Part shown: positions 1 to 13,019 of the stretch, piece after piece
Position numbering within the stretch: the first letter of the stretch is position 1
How the letters are laid out: every line of letters starts with the position of its first letter
Source: Selaginella moellendorffii
Taxonomy: Eukaryota > Plantae > Lycopodiophyta
Assembly: GCF_000143415.4 (NCBI RefSeq)
Contig: NW_003314304.1
Coordinates: 440,169-504,168, forward strand
DNA length: 64,000 nucleotides
Reading direction: 5' to 3'
Position numbers and translations under genes: made by a program
Notes under the pieces: model-generated
Database searches by the model: none
Told to the model about the DNA's origin: nothing
What the model saw: only the letters and a program-made list of their open reading frames with translations

Positions 1-817
1 AATCTACATTGAGTTATAATTTAAATAGATTGCTATTTTGTCCTCTATGACATGCTAGATGGAGAAAAAGTGTTATATAAGCTCGTATTTTTAATGCATC
101 AAGTATTCTTTACAAATCAAATATTTATTTTAATAGCTTTTTTCTGCAGGCTATTTGCAAAAGAACGCCCACAAGGTGTATGACCTGTTTAGTATTTGCA
201 CACATATCAATTTTGTTATATTTGTATTCTTTATTTTTCCACAATACCTATCTTTTATGGCTTCAGTTAAGTTATAGTCATTTACACCTTTGAGTATTTC
301 TTCAATTTAGGCACTATATTTTTGGTTTGCTTAAGCAAACCAACATAGGATATACCTGGGTATTCTTGAATATTTTATAATTTAATTGTTGATATTTATT
401 TAGAATAATTTTGTGTTTATAAATTAAAAACATGGTCGTCACGTTGACTACATATAGTTGACCGACGGTTTCGGCAAAAAGATGTTCTAATTTATTTTCA
501 AAGCTTTTAAATCTGAGAACTACTAATTCAACGTTTGGACGTGTGTTTGCAGGTGTGATTTTGTGGCGAGGAAGCAGGAGCAACAGGAGCTTTTCCAGAC
601 AAGCTAACTTCTCAAGTTTAACCAGCTGCCACCTCCATTTTCCACGAACTCAAAGGGTAGAGAGCTAGCTCTTAATTTTTTTTTGGTTGTTCTCTAGGCT
701 CCAATCTGTTAGGAGTGACTGTTATTGATCAGGCCAGGGATTTCCAACTCAAAGCTATGTTTCTCATACCTGAAAAGTGTATCCATGAAATATACATATC
801 CTCTTGTAGTTTCTCTT

Positions 818-2527
818 CTAAATAGAAGACAAGTGCCTGAGGTTGTACATATCGAAGTACAAACCAAAGAAGCAGATCAATGGATCTCCCCGTGACGTGT
901 CAATCAGCAGTCGAACGAGGCGAGCAGCGCATACTTGATCCTCTTCCAGTCGATCCACTTTCCTGTAACCAATGGTGCTACCGTTGCTCACCAGGTACCA
1001 GCCCAGCTCGCTGTCCCATGCCTCGACGTGATATTCCATGACCCTTTGTCCCATGTTTACTGGCTCTCGGATCTCTAGTGCGTTGAACATTGAGACCTTG
1101 CCAAGATCAAGCTCGATCCAGCCGGTCGACTCCCCTTGCATTGGAGCCCAGAAAGTTTCCATACGCTCGTCAAGTATTTGCTTCGGCCCGAACGAAGAGC
1201 TGCGAACGCTGCTTGCTGTCACGGACAAGGGATTCGCTGCTAAGTTGACGCTGAAGATGGAATCTATGGCGGAGCTAAACCGCTCCAGCGTCTGGAAGTC
1301 GGATTCGTCGATCAGTCCCGACGAGTTTGGAGGGACGTTGAGCAGGAGCAAGCAGTTCCTGGCGGATGATTTGTAGAAAACGTCGAGCAGCTGCTCCAGG
1401 GATTTTGGAGCCTCGTTCCTGTGCCAAAACCAACCGGGCCTGATGGAGATATCGCACTCCGGAGGGAGCCAGTCGGTTCCAGCACTCTCTCCAGACATCA
1501 AGTACCTGTTGATGTTGCGAATTGGATCGAGTTTCACGAGAACGAAAGTTTCATGCAAGGATGGATTTTACGTACTGGCCATCGCTCCTGCCGATCGTAA
1601 TGGAAGATCTGTTCGCCATCGCCCAGCATGGTTGTCCGGCCTCGCCATACTCGTTCCCAACCCATCGGATGTCGGGGCCAGCGTCGGAAAAGATGTTGGC
1701 ACCGGGTTGCAGCTGATGAATCGTGTCAAACCAGAGCTCAAAATCGTAGCTCATGTTCACTGCAGTGGGTGATTTCGCACCATCCAGCCACACCTCGGAG
1801 ATCGGCCCATATCTGCACGCCAAAACAGAATGCCGCGTCAAGGCATCTGCTGCTAGAGATGAAAACTACAAAAGCCCACAAGCTCGCGAGCTCCTAATGC
1901 TAAAACCGTTTGATGGGCTGGAGCAAATGCAAACATATCACACAGTGACCATGCCACCAAGAAAAATGCGTGAAGAAGAAGCAAAGAATGTCTCACTCAC
2001 CCAGTAAGAAGCTCTCGGAGCTGAGCCAAGTAGAACTCGTTGTAGAGAAGAGTGTCGCCATAGCAGCTCTCGTGCAAATCCCATGGCGAGAGGTAAAAGC
2101 CCACGTCCAATCCACGCTCCCTGGCGGCAGCCACGAACTCGGCCACCACATCCCCCTTCCCTCCTCGCCAAGAGCTGCTAGCCACGGAGAAATTGGTGTA
2201 GGCCGAGGGCCACAGGCAGAACCCGTCGTGGTGCTTGACCGTGAGGATCACGAGCTGCGCGCCCGCGGATTGGGCCGCGTCCATCCACTGCGACGCATTC
2301 AATCGCTCCGGGTTGAAGATGGAGGGCGATTCGTGGCCGGATCCACGCTCCGAGTCCGTGAATGTGTTGACGCCGAAGTGGAAGAACATCGAGAGGCGGC
2401 GCGAGTGGAACTGGAGCTGGCGCCATGAGGGAATTGGGCGGAGAGGGAGCGGTGGGGGCGAATTTAGGGCGACAGCTCTCAAGAACACTAGTATCTCGAG
2501 GAGCAAGAAAGAGAGATGGAAATTCAT
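818..2527 (-). CDS. FUC1: Alpha-L-fucosidase, GH29 family, secreted; 3 exons (2527-2001, 1812-1576, 1505-818)
   Basis: Hydrophobic signal peptide; motifs MFFHFGVNTF, ILTVKHHDGFCLWPS, YLSPWDLH, EVWLDGAK, PDIRWVGNE, WLPPECDISIRPGWFW, LLLNVPPN; C-terminal F5/8-like domain. GT-AG junctions keep the frame. Confidence 0.93.
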
Positions 2528-2795
2528 TGCTATAGATAATGGAGGAGAGAGCCAATCTTATAAGCCCAGTGGAGTAGAGGAATTGTCACCAGAGAGTAAA
2601 ATCTTTGCTTCTTCCAGGGTGTCCTTGTTCTTGCAAGGCAAGATGGATTATCTTCTTCTTCTTAGCCGTGATCTCCAAGCTAGATTGGAATGTTCTTTCT
2701 CCGTCCAGGATTCTCAAGAGCTGTGGAGGTCGCGCCCGGATTCTCGCAAGGAATACCTCGCGAATCGCGAATGCGTGTGAGATCCAGCAAAGTTT

Positions 2796-3410
2796 ATGGC
2801 ATTGCTCTTCCCCAATTTCGTGATTTCCACAGACACCTCAGAGGATTGCTTGCTCTCCTGGGGAGCACTGCTCAAGAACTGCCGGGATCTGTCACAGGGG
2901 AGGCAAATCCACGCCCGCATTGCGCAGAGCGAGCACCGCCGCAACAAATACCTCGCGAATCTGCAAATGCGGCAGCGTCGATGACGCCCGTGCAATCTTG
3001 GAATCCATAGAGAATCCTAAGCTCTTCTCCTCCAACATCATGATCCAGGCCTACGCACAGGCGAAATATCTAAATCGAGCGCGCAGAACGTTCGATGGGA
3101 TGCTCCGGCGAGATGCCTCGACGTGGAACTCGATCGTCACGGCATATGCCGAAAACGGGCATCTTGATAAAGCGCGAGAGATTTTCGAATTGGCCCCAGA
3201 GAAGAACGAGATCTCTTGGAATGTGATGATCACGCTTTGCATCCGCAGTGGAAAGATAGCTTCTGCCAAGGATTGGTATGATCAGATGCCCGTGAAGACG
3301 ATCGTTGCGCAGACTGCCCTCGTCACAGCATTTGCCAGGAAAGGGCATTTGGAAGAGCCGAGGCTTTGTTTGAGAACATAAAGGAGGAGCACGATGTAGA
3401 GTCATGGGCT
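2796..3410 (+). pseudogene. PLS-class PPR 5' fragment, frameshifted
   Basis: GRQIHARI..NKYLANL / KCGSVDDAR, WNSIVTAYAENGHLDKAR, ISWNVMI. Frame breaks near 2962 (LVQMYG-type segment missing) and near 3358. Confidence 0.85.
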
Positions 3411-5968
3411 TTTGGCTCTCGCTGTCTACAGACAACTCCAACCGAACAGCAAATGCAGGTTGGGCAGTCTTTTTCTCTTGAGTTGATATTTGAGGTGAAA
3501 AGGCTACTGATTGCCGGAAAGCAGAAAGAGGCTTTACGGGCTGCTCAAGACGGGCAACTTTGGGGATGTGCTCTTCTTATGGCCCGGTTGTCTTGTAGCT
3601 TTGATGTATAGACCGTTAGTGATGGTCTTGTGGTTTTTAATAGTTCTACACCGACACTATAGCGGACATGGCTCAACGTCAGTTTCAACCAGGGTTTCCC
3701 CTCCGGACTCTAACTCTTCTTTATGCTGGTCAACATGCCGGAGTGTTCGTAGGGAACACTAATTCGTCGAACGTAACAGCGCCTCAACCTCAACCGGTTC
3801 CAGCGTCCGCTGTAGATGGTGCAACACAGGTGAAATACTTTTATCAAGCTACTCTTAAGGAGTGCATGTTGACTTGCAGGACGCAGTAGAAGGAATGCTC
3901 GAAGAATGGCAGGAAAACCTGGCTATAATGGCAGCTAACCGAACTAATGGGGACGAGAGAGTGATTATGCATCTTGGTGATTGTCTCTGGAGACATCGAG
4001 ATGAGGTATATACATGGTCACACGTTGATGTTTCTCATAGTTTTAACTTGCAGATATGTGGAGCCCATATTTGCTATCTTGTTGCAAATGCTAGTTTTGA
4101 GCCTTTCTCCCCTTCTGCCAGACTTTGTCTTATAGGTGCCGACCATTGTAAGTATCCACGCACGTACGCTAGTCCAGAAGCTATCCAGGTAAGCCGTGTT
4201 TGTCCTCAATAACAATTGTTAACCTTTTCTTCATCAGCGAATGGAAGTGTACGAATCTGCAAGAGTGACTGGCAATTCCCAGTTTATTTTACTTCCTTTT
4301 CAGCCATACAAGCTTATTTATGCGTCGACGCTTGCTGAAGCTGGAAAGATAAACGAAGCTCTAAGGTTGGTAGTGATTTTTAACTGTATCCTTAAGGTTT
4401 CTCTTCGAAGGTATTGCCAAGCGGTGTTGAAAACATTGAAAACAGTGGGCCAAGCGTCTTCGTATCCACTCTCAGGTTTGTAATCGGACACTCGGCTTTT
4501 ATACTCACTTTCCTGTTATCCAGGGAGGCTCGACGTCAATTGTGCAACGGTTTTTTGGCAATATTGGTCTACACAAGATGACAGGCCCTTCTTCCCCGAA
4601 AGCTTCTGATATGCTGATATTAATAACTGTCCCGCAACAGCTTCTAGCAGAAGCAGTGTATCACTTGCCTCGTCGGCATCAATAGAACCCATAAGTGATA
4701 ATACGAGAAGATCCAACATGCCAGCGAGAAGCATTTCTGAGCCTGACTTTAGGCCTGGACAGGTAACTCGACTTGCTCTTGTGTACCTTCGATTAGAACT
4801 TGTATTCTTTCATCAGATCGTTAGTCTAGCGAAAGGAATCTTTACTTCTTTCGTGCAAAGAGCGATGGGCTTCATAAAAACACCTTCGAAGGAGGTTTGT
4901 AGAAGCTTTGGAAAGAGCGCTAGCTGATTGATGGTTAGTACGTGATGCAGGCAAAGCTTGGCGACAGCAACAAGTTTAGATACGACGAGACACTGAAGCG
5001 CAGGGTTGAAGAAGGAGCCGAGGCACAAGCGCCAGAGCTTCCGTTGGCTCCTCCTCCCACGGCAAACAAGCTCGTCTCGCGCGTGGAGGAGAACGGTCTC
5101 AGTTTTCAGGAGATGAGCCTAGATTTGCAGGAGGTGGGGGAGGAGGAAGTGGATTAGAGGAAGACCCAGCCATTGTTAGAATCTAGAAGAAATCTAGTAA
5201 CGAGGTCTTTCCTAGGGGCAGGTCCTAGAGTAGCGAGCACTCCTATTTCCATGTCTCCGGAGAGACCACAGCCAACTCCGGAAAGGCCGCAACCGGTTGT
5301 GAGTAGAATCCCACCAATGGCTCCGAGCAGTAACCAGTACGCAGCTCGCGCACGTCAAAACGTTAAATCAAGGTACCGTTTTGGTCATTCCCAGCACTCC
5401 AATCTCACGAGGTTTTTGGAGATATGTCGATACATTCAACAAAGGTAGCATAACACCATCATCGGACTCTCCTCCACTGTTTGGCGCGGTGCCAAAGGCA
5501 AGCGCAAAGCCTTTGGCTCCAGCGAGATTTTTCGTGCCTGCGGCCGCTGCTGCCGCTGCTCCAGATATCAACAGCAACCATTCGGTGGATCCTTCCTCGG
5601 CACCGGCCTTTGTCCCCGACACGGCATTCTCAAACGGGAATGGACCGTTTGCAGCAGCAGCATTCGCTCAGCCGGTTGTACAGGATATGAGAAACGATCC
5701 GGGGCCAACGCCTGATCATCTCTCGAGCGGCTCTTCACCAGCAATGTTCTATTCGAATCACTATCCAGCAGCACCGTCGACCGTCTCGTTGCCGCCACCT
5801 CCAGCTCTGGAAGTCACTCCGCCAGTGATGGTCGAGCAGCAGCAGCAAAACCAACACCAGGAAAGTTCGATTCATCGGCACCACCATCAACAGTCCGGCA
5901 CAGTGGGATTCGAAGCTGCCAGTTCCTCCGGAGTGTTTGGAGACGACTTGCAAGAGGTGGAATTGTAA
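3411..5968 (+). pseudogene. SEC16: COPII scaffold SEC16 (MAIGO5-like), C-terminal half, intron-containing, lesioned
   Basis: EVKRLLIAGKQKEALRAAQDGQLWGCAL, GFPLRTL, EWQENLAIMAANRT, AHICYLVA..LCLIGADH..PRTYASPEAIQ, FILLPFQPYKLIYA, RSISEPDF, AKLGDSNKFRYDETLKR, SRYVDTFN, C-terminal DDLQEVEL. The N-terminal half is absent. Confidence 0.85.
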
Positions 5969-8900
5969 ATCACACTCCACAAGTAAGTAGTAGTGACTGT
6001 TGCTGGGTGGATTTTGGTAGAGCAGTGTAGCGAAGTAGTAGTCGTGGAAGGAGGAATTTTTTTTGGCTGGGGTGATTCTTTGGAGCCACGAGCGAAGCAG
6101 GAAGCAAGATAAATAAAATGGATCAAACAATATAATTCAGGAATTAAATTCTATAAAACAATAAAATTTAAAATGAAAACGGTAAAATATAACATAGAAT
6201 ATAAATAGAATCAAATAGAGTAATAAACTACAACATATGCAACATATACTCTTCAATAATAAATTTCAAGCCATGATTCTCATTATATAATCTTGTAAAC
6301 AAAATTTCGATAAATACTAAAAAAATTCTAGTTATTTTTTGAAAAAACTTTGTATGGAGTCTCTTCTTGAACTATATGACAACATTAAATATCTGTACTA
6401 CATTATTTAATTAATCCTGCCTAAATTCAAACAAAACTGATACAAGCTATTAGTATCATAACACTACCCTATTCTTTGTCAAGCTTGCATTTCAAATTTT
6501 CACCCTCTTAGCCTTATGGTTTTTTCTTAGGTTTTATTATTTGGGTTCTCTATGGATCACATCTTTCTCTAGCACATCCTAAACACATATCTCTCCCACA
6601 CTGTTTTGGTTTGTTTATGTCCATGGTAAGTTTTTCTTTCCTCAAAACATATGGTTTTCATTATTATAAAGAATATACATTTGTATTTTAGTATTGCTTG
6701 GTGTGAGACTATATGATAGTGTAGTGTATTTACAAGAGAGTCATCCCATACTTGTCTATAAGCATGAGAGCGCATGCCTAGAAATCTCAAAATAAAAGAA
6801 CAAAGATTTACAAGAAAGAGTCATCCAAAACTGGTCTATAGGTGTACAAGTGCATGCCAAAAAATCTCAAGCTTCTTTGGAGAAACTCAAGTTTGAGTTT
6901 GGCTAGGCATGAGCCCACATGCTAGCTTAAAAAAACAAGAGACCATGAAAGAGAGAGTGTTAGAAATCCTTACATTTTTAAAAAATGAATGTGAGACCAT
7001 GCTTGTTCAAAGTTAAGTAACCCCCATTTCTTTGGTCATTTTACAAACTTGCACTTACCAATCTATTTCTCTTTTAATTTGACTTTGGTTTATTGTGAGC
7101 TCATATTCTTTCATCAATACATTAAATTGGTTTTTAGTGTGCAAGTGCATGCTAGAAATTCTTTGACTTCATGTGTGCTTATTTTATGCATTTTTAATTA
7201 TTTTCACTATATATTTTCATGCTTTTTTTTCTCATATTCACAAAAGGAGCTTTGTTTTTTAATTTCTATTTTCTTGTCTTTTTTTTGTACTTTTGTCCTT
7301 CTATTTGTGTTTTGATATTTGTAATTTTCTTTGTTTTTCTCAAGTTGTTAAAGGAGATATAATAGAGATTTTTGGGATAATGGAGAATCAATTGCAAAAG
7401 GAAGAATGGAATCTTTAGATGCTACTTACATTTGTCACTGTGCTTCTTTAAGAGTTCGATGTGTTTTGCTTTGCATTATTAAAGTGTTTACCTTGAATTA
7501 CTCCCCCCTTACAGGTGAATTGGATGTTAGTAGGGAAATACAATTGGAACACAAAGGAATAATGATGAAGATGTTATTCCACAAAAGATAGAGGCAAATA
7601 TTTCTGAAGGCAAGAATATCCCTAATTCTGGTTGTTCTTCTATAGATATAAATGCTTGTAGTATATGGTATAAAGCTCTTGTGAAGATAGTGGATGCTAT
7701 ACACTGAGGGACTAGTTATTGTTGTAGACCCCTCAAAATGCTCTATACAACATAACTTTAGGGTGGGATTATATTAGAATCTCAATCTCTTTTTTTGTTA
7801 TGTTTCAAGTAAGTTGGAAATAGGTAGTCTAGTTCAATGAAAACTATCCCAAACTCTTTTTGGTAATAGTATACCATCTACCATACTAATAATCACTTGC
7901 ATTTCTTCTTCACATTATTGAAAACGAAAATATACATTTATTAGATGAGCTATTAAGAAGCAACCAAGGAAATAGAAATCAAATACTAAGGATTTAACAA
8001 GTGGAGGTCCCTCAGGGATGATGGGGAATAAAAATAATAGTTAATCGAAGCATAGACAATGATCGAAGATAAAAAAATAAAAGAATCAAGAATCTAAAAA
8101 CATGTATCAACAATAACCTCGAGGACAACAACATTTAAAATGCAACCACTACTCAGCTCATACTTTTTGAACATTACCATTGACTGGAGAACGTGGATGC
8201 TCATAGTGAGGACGTGCATGAATTTATACAACACAATTAAAGGTAAGCCACAATTACTTTACAACAATTTAACACAACAAGGACTTATAAAAAGAGTAAC
8301 CATAGTATGCACTTCTGTTTGATCCCGAAGTTGGCAAGCAATGGCCTTATTGAAAACTGATCAACTTTACTGAGTTGAGTATAACGTAGCAACACAAATA
8401 CCAAAATTCAAGAAAATGATAACTCAAGAAAACTTTAGCACAACATTGGATGTACAAACACAACCCTGATCCACTCAAAATACAAGAGCGAGATCAGATA
8501 TAACAAGTTTGCGATATCATGCTCGATTTTATTTCTCACTTGGAGCTTTACTCAGAGGTAGAGAACAAATACAAGAAGAGAAGAAACAACTATAGCACAA
8601 ATTAGAAGTAGATAAGTAATAGAAGACTCAAGCTTAAATCGAAATCCTTGAGACTATATTCAAGACTTTTGACAAAATGACCTAAGCCACACAAGTTAGC
8701 AAACCAAGCAACATCAACACAACCAATGCCAAGGAAGACACAATCAACCAAGATTTAGACTTAGATCAAGATTTACCACCACTCAAAACTCCTAATTACG
8801 AAGATTAGAACACCGACAACTCTCAGTTTTATCCAGCTTCTCTAGAAACTGAACCATCACCAATAGTAGAAAGATCGCACTCATTAGTCTAGCAACACCC

Positions 8901-11559
8901 TATAACATCATGATTACATATCCAATCTTCACCAGTAGCAAAACTGAAGATGTAGAAAGACATTTCCAGCAATTTAACCAAATTATATAAGTCAATCAGC
9001 AAGAAGACAATAAAGAACTTCTATTCCCTTTCACACTTAAAAGAAAATATTATAATCTAAGTTTCAAGAAAAAGTGAAGCGATTCAAAGAGAAGTACCAA
9101 CCCGGTGGCACAACAGCTAAATACCTAAAACATCTCAAGAGCATCAAACAAGGCAGTAAAGAAGATATAAAAGACTATACCCGAAGATTCAAATATCACA
9201 CAAAGTGCTACAAAGATCTACTCACTAAACAAGGTAAATATATTTGGTATGTACAAGGATTGAAGAAGATATACTAGCAAATGGTTGCTCTCACAAGTAC
9301 TGAAGAAGATCTAGATGTTGAGACCTCTATTGACAATATTTCCAAGAAAATCAAGAACCTCAAGAAACAGCTTTGAAAATTTTTAAGAGTAAAAATAACA
9401 AAAACAAACAACTCTTCTGATGATAAAGAAGAATAAAAATTCAAAGTCATGAAGAAAGACAAAAATCAAGAACTTACCAAAATACTTAAGAAAGTTACAA
9501 TCAAAAACAAACTTAAAGAAAGAGTATAGTGTACGAAATGTGAAAACAAAGAACACATCCTAACAGAGTGTAAACTACTGATTTCTAAGTGTTAGATCTA
9601 TGAAAAAGAAGGATATATAACAAAGATTTGTTGAGACAAAAGAGCAACTGAAGTCACACGAATCAAGAACATACCTTGAACTCCTACACCAACTAAAAGA
9701 CATTACAATCAGCCCAGACAAGAACCATAACAGTGATAGCTAAACTACCAGAATCAAGATACATATAATCCTAACCCTAGATACCATTGACAATACAACA
9801 ATGGCAACCAAAACAATCAGTATAAGCGACCATACCAATAGGCTTATCAACAGCCTTATTGAGATAACTAACAATGGAGACCACCACCCGGCAAAACAAC
9901 TATCAACAACAGTACAACAACAATCAACAATGGAGACCACCTTTGCAATAACTAAACTATCAATAGCAAAATCAACAATATGATCCACCATCCAGAGTAT
10001 TTCCTCACAACAATTATCAATAACAACTTCAAACTCAAGAAATTGACCCCAATACCAACAACAACAAAATCAAGGAAATCGACCTCCTTAGCAAGATCAG
10101 CAACATCGAAGACCTCCTCCAACAACAAGAAATATCAATATCAACTAAATTGAAGATGAACACTTTAAAGATGAACATGAGGTAAGAGCTCTAACTTGAA
10201 GTCAGAAAAAACACTACACTTTTGAAAATGACCTTGAGGAAAAGTCAAAGAACAAAAACTTCAAGACGAAGTACAAAAAATCTCAAGGCACAAATGGCAA
10301 CAAAGTAAGGAGCTAATCAACACAATTCAGCAAACCCTTCAACAACAACAACTTGAAGTTGAAGATGATCAGGAAATTGTGACTAAAACTTTATCAAGAA
10401 AAGAGGAACAACCAAAGCCCATCACCAACGTTCTTTAACAAGGTATCACACTCACCCTTCTAGAACTTTCACAAGTAGCTTCATATTTGAGAAAACAACT
10501 TCTACACATACGCCTACTTTCGCATGCCTTTCAATCTCTCTAATGCACCATTCATGTTTCAATGGATCATCACTAACACTTTTCAAGAATACCTCACTGA
10601 ATTTATATGAGTATTTATGGATGACTTCAATGTCTTCAACAACAAAGAAGATCATCTCCAATGCTTAGAGAAATGCTTCATCAAATGCCATGAACACAAT
10701 ATCATATTGAATCCTGACAAGTGCATTTTCTTCGTCAAATCAGGAATTCTACTCAAACATGTAGTTTCCAAAGAAGGAATCCTCATCAACAAGGACAAAA
10801 CCCTCACAATCACCAATATACAACATCCATTCGACATTTCAAACCTTCGATCATACCTCAGTAAGATGGGATACCATTGAAGATTTATCAAAAACTATGC
10901 CAAGATTGCAAAACCTATCACCAGACTCCTCAAGAAGAATCAAGTTTACAACTGGACTCAAGATTGTCAAAATGCCTTCATCAACCTTAAGAATTCCCTC
11001 ACCCAAGCTCTAATATTTGCTCAACCAAACTGGAACAAAGACTTTAACATCCAAGTTGACACCTCCAACTACACCCTTAGAGCGATCCTTTTGCAACAAC
11101 AAGAAGATCATAAAGACCGACCAATCTACTATGTAAGTCAAAGACTCAACTCAATTGAAATGAACTACACTACAACTGAAAAGAAGCTTTAGCAATGATT
11201 TACATACTCCAAAAGTTTCAATACTACTTACTCGGTAACTTCTTCCACCTTCTCAACAAAACAATCCTTACTGGCATAATTGCACAATAGTTCTTACTAC
11301 TTCAAGAATACAACTTTGAGATCATCTACAAGCTTGGAAGGGAATATGAACACTTAAGCCGCATTACAACTGATGAACAACCGAAACACAACATGGAGGA
11401 CTTTCCTGACTCCAATATCCTTTGAATCCACACATCACCAACCTAGATGGACAACATCTACTACTACCTCACAACAGCAACAATACCAAATTGATATTCA
11501 ACCTCTGACAAGTGCAAGCAATTTGTCTTGAGGACAAGACTATGTAAGCTCCTAGGTTT

Positions 11560-11615
11560 GGACTTCCCGGGAGGTCACCTAGCCCAGTACTATTCAAACC
11601 CAAGGACGCTTAACC
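11560..11615 (-). promoter_or_regulatory. 5S rRNA-like internal control region (A-box, IE, C-box) in the 3' LTR
   Basis: Minus strand GGTTAAGCGTCCTTGGGTTTGAATAGTACTGGGCTAGGTGACCTCCCGGGAAGTCC aligns without gaps to plant 5S rRNA (recalled as AGTTAAGCGTGCTTGGGCGAGAGTAGTACTAGGATGGGTGACCTCCTGGGAAGTCC). Confidence 0.88.
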
Positions 11616-11958
11616 CCAAATATCCCAAGACCCTTAACCGATTGGAAAAGGGGGTGCACTCTTATTCATAGGCCCTTTCCCTCTATATTTGAACCCCATG
11701 GACCGTCTTTCGAGTCGTTCCCTTTAGTTGCTTACAATCCACCACGCTTCCCTGCAAGTTCACGCCCTCGTGAACGGAAGCTGAGAGCCGCAGCTCTCCC
11801 AAGAGCCCCGCTCTCTTGACACCCTACCCCTCGGGTCGAGCCCAACGGGAGCAAACTGGACCAGCCAGATGTCAATCAACATGTGGTGTGATTCCCCTAG
11901 CCAACCAACAGAGTTGGACCCGAGACCGCTCCGATACCAAATGTAAGCTCTTAGGTTT

Positions 11959-12014
11959 GGACTTCCCGGGAGGTCACCTAGCCCAGTACTATTCAAACCC
12001 AAGGACGCTTAACC
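11959..12014 (-). promoter_or_regulatory. 5S rRNA-like internal control region in the 5' LTR
   Basis: Same 56-nt segment as in the other LTR. Confidence 0.88.
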
Positions 12015-13019
12015 CCAAATATCCCAAGACCCTTAACCGATTGGAAAAAGGGGTGCACTCTTATTCATGGGCCCTTTCCCTCTATATTTGAACCCCATGG
12101 ACCGTCTTTCGAGTCATTCCCTTTGGTTGCTTACAGACTATATTCAATCGTGGGAAGAAAACTGTACAAACAAGGAAGAGACAACATTTTATGAAGATGT
12201 GCAAACCTACAAGAAACACAACATCTACTTGAAGAAGCCTACTATGGATAAGTAGGAGGATATTTTGCTGAAGAAATCACAGCTCAAAAAATTTTACAAA
12301 CAAGACTTTGGTGGCCAACACTTTGGCACAACTAAGCCAAGTTCTATAAAAAATGCGACATCTACCAATGAACCAAGTATGCACTAAAGAAATAAACTCA
12401 AGAACTTCATCCAAAAATTCCACTCGAACCTTTTCAATGATGGGGACTTGACTTTGTTAGTCCACTTATGACAATTTCCAAGCAAAACTAGTACATTTTA
12501 ATTGCAATAGATTATATGACAAAATGGACTGAAGCTCAATTAATAAAGATTGCTATAACAAAGAACATAACAAAGTTCATCTACGAAAACATCATTACAA
12601 GATATGGCTTACCTTGAGAACTCGTCACTGATCAAGGAACACACTTCATCAATGAAACCATCAAGATTCTAACTCAAGAATTCACTATCCAACACAAGGC
12701 TTCAACATCGTACTACCCTCAAGACAATGGTCAAGCAGAGTCTACAAACAAGACACTCAAAACCATCCTCATGAAAATTGTGAAAATAAATCAGAAAGAC
12801 TGGGATGATCACATTTACGATGCCTTGTAGGCATATTGAACCACATATAAAGTTTTAACAAATTTGACACTATTCAAGCTCATTTATAGCCTTGAAGCTT
12901 TGACACCACTCGAATACATCATTCCATCATTATGAATGGCAATATAATACAAAATCAACCAAGAAGAATTGATCAAAAGAAGACTAGCCATGCTAGAACA
13001 ACTTATTGCTAGCTAAGAT

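Larger units (their letters stand above)
11543..12135 (-). mobile_element. Cassandra-type TRIM (non-autonomous LTR retrotransposon with 5S rRNA-derived LTR segment)
   Basis: Two 194-bp LTRs (11543-11736, 11942-12135), both TGTAAG...CTTACA, with 5 substitutions. 5-bp TSD GACTA at 11538-11542 and 12136-12140. Minus-strand PBS TGGTATCGGAGC (tRNA-iMet type) next to 11941; purine-rich tract next to 11737; 205-bp non-coding interior. Confidence 0.93.
8002..13010 (+). mobile_element. Degenerate Ty3/gypsy LTR retrotransposon internal region (gag, partial RT, RNase H, integrase)
   Basis: Gag YPIFT..EDVERHF (~8910) and IKQGSKEDIKDYTRRF; CCHC-like knuckle ~9530; RT FMDDFNVF..LNPDKCIF (10617-10880); RNase H VDTSN..NYTTTE; integrase WGLDFV, IDYMTKWTEA, VTDQGTHF, YYPQDNGQAESTNK. 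Many stops. Integrase after RT/RNase H is the gypsy order. Confidence 0.88.

Noticed and set aside
6100-7990. Short AT-rich ORFs and a degenerate ~60-bp direct repeat (6729-6870)
   Set aside because: Composition-driven ORFs. The region may be LTR sequence, but no second LTR in the window confirms it.
11560-12014. Two 5S rRNA genes
   Set aside because: Only about 56 nt of the ~120-nt 5S is present, embedded in LTRs with TSD and PBS.
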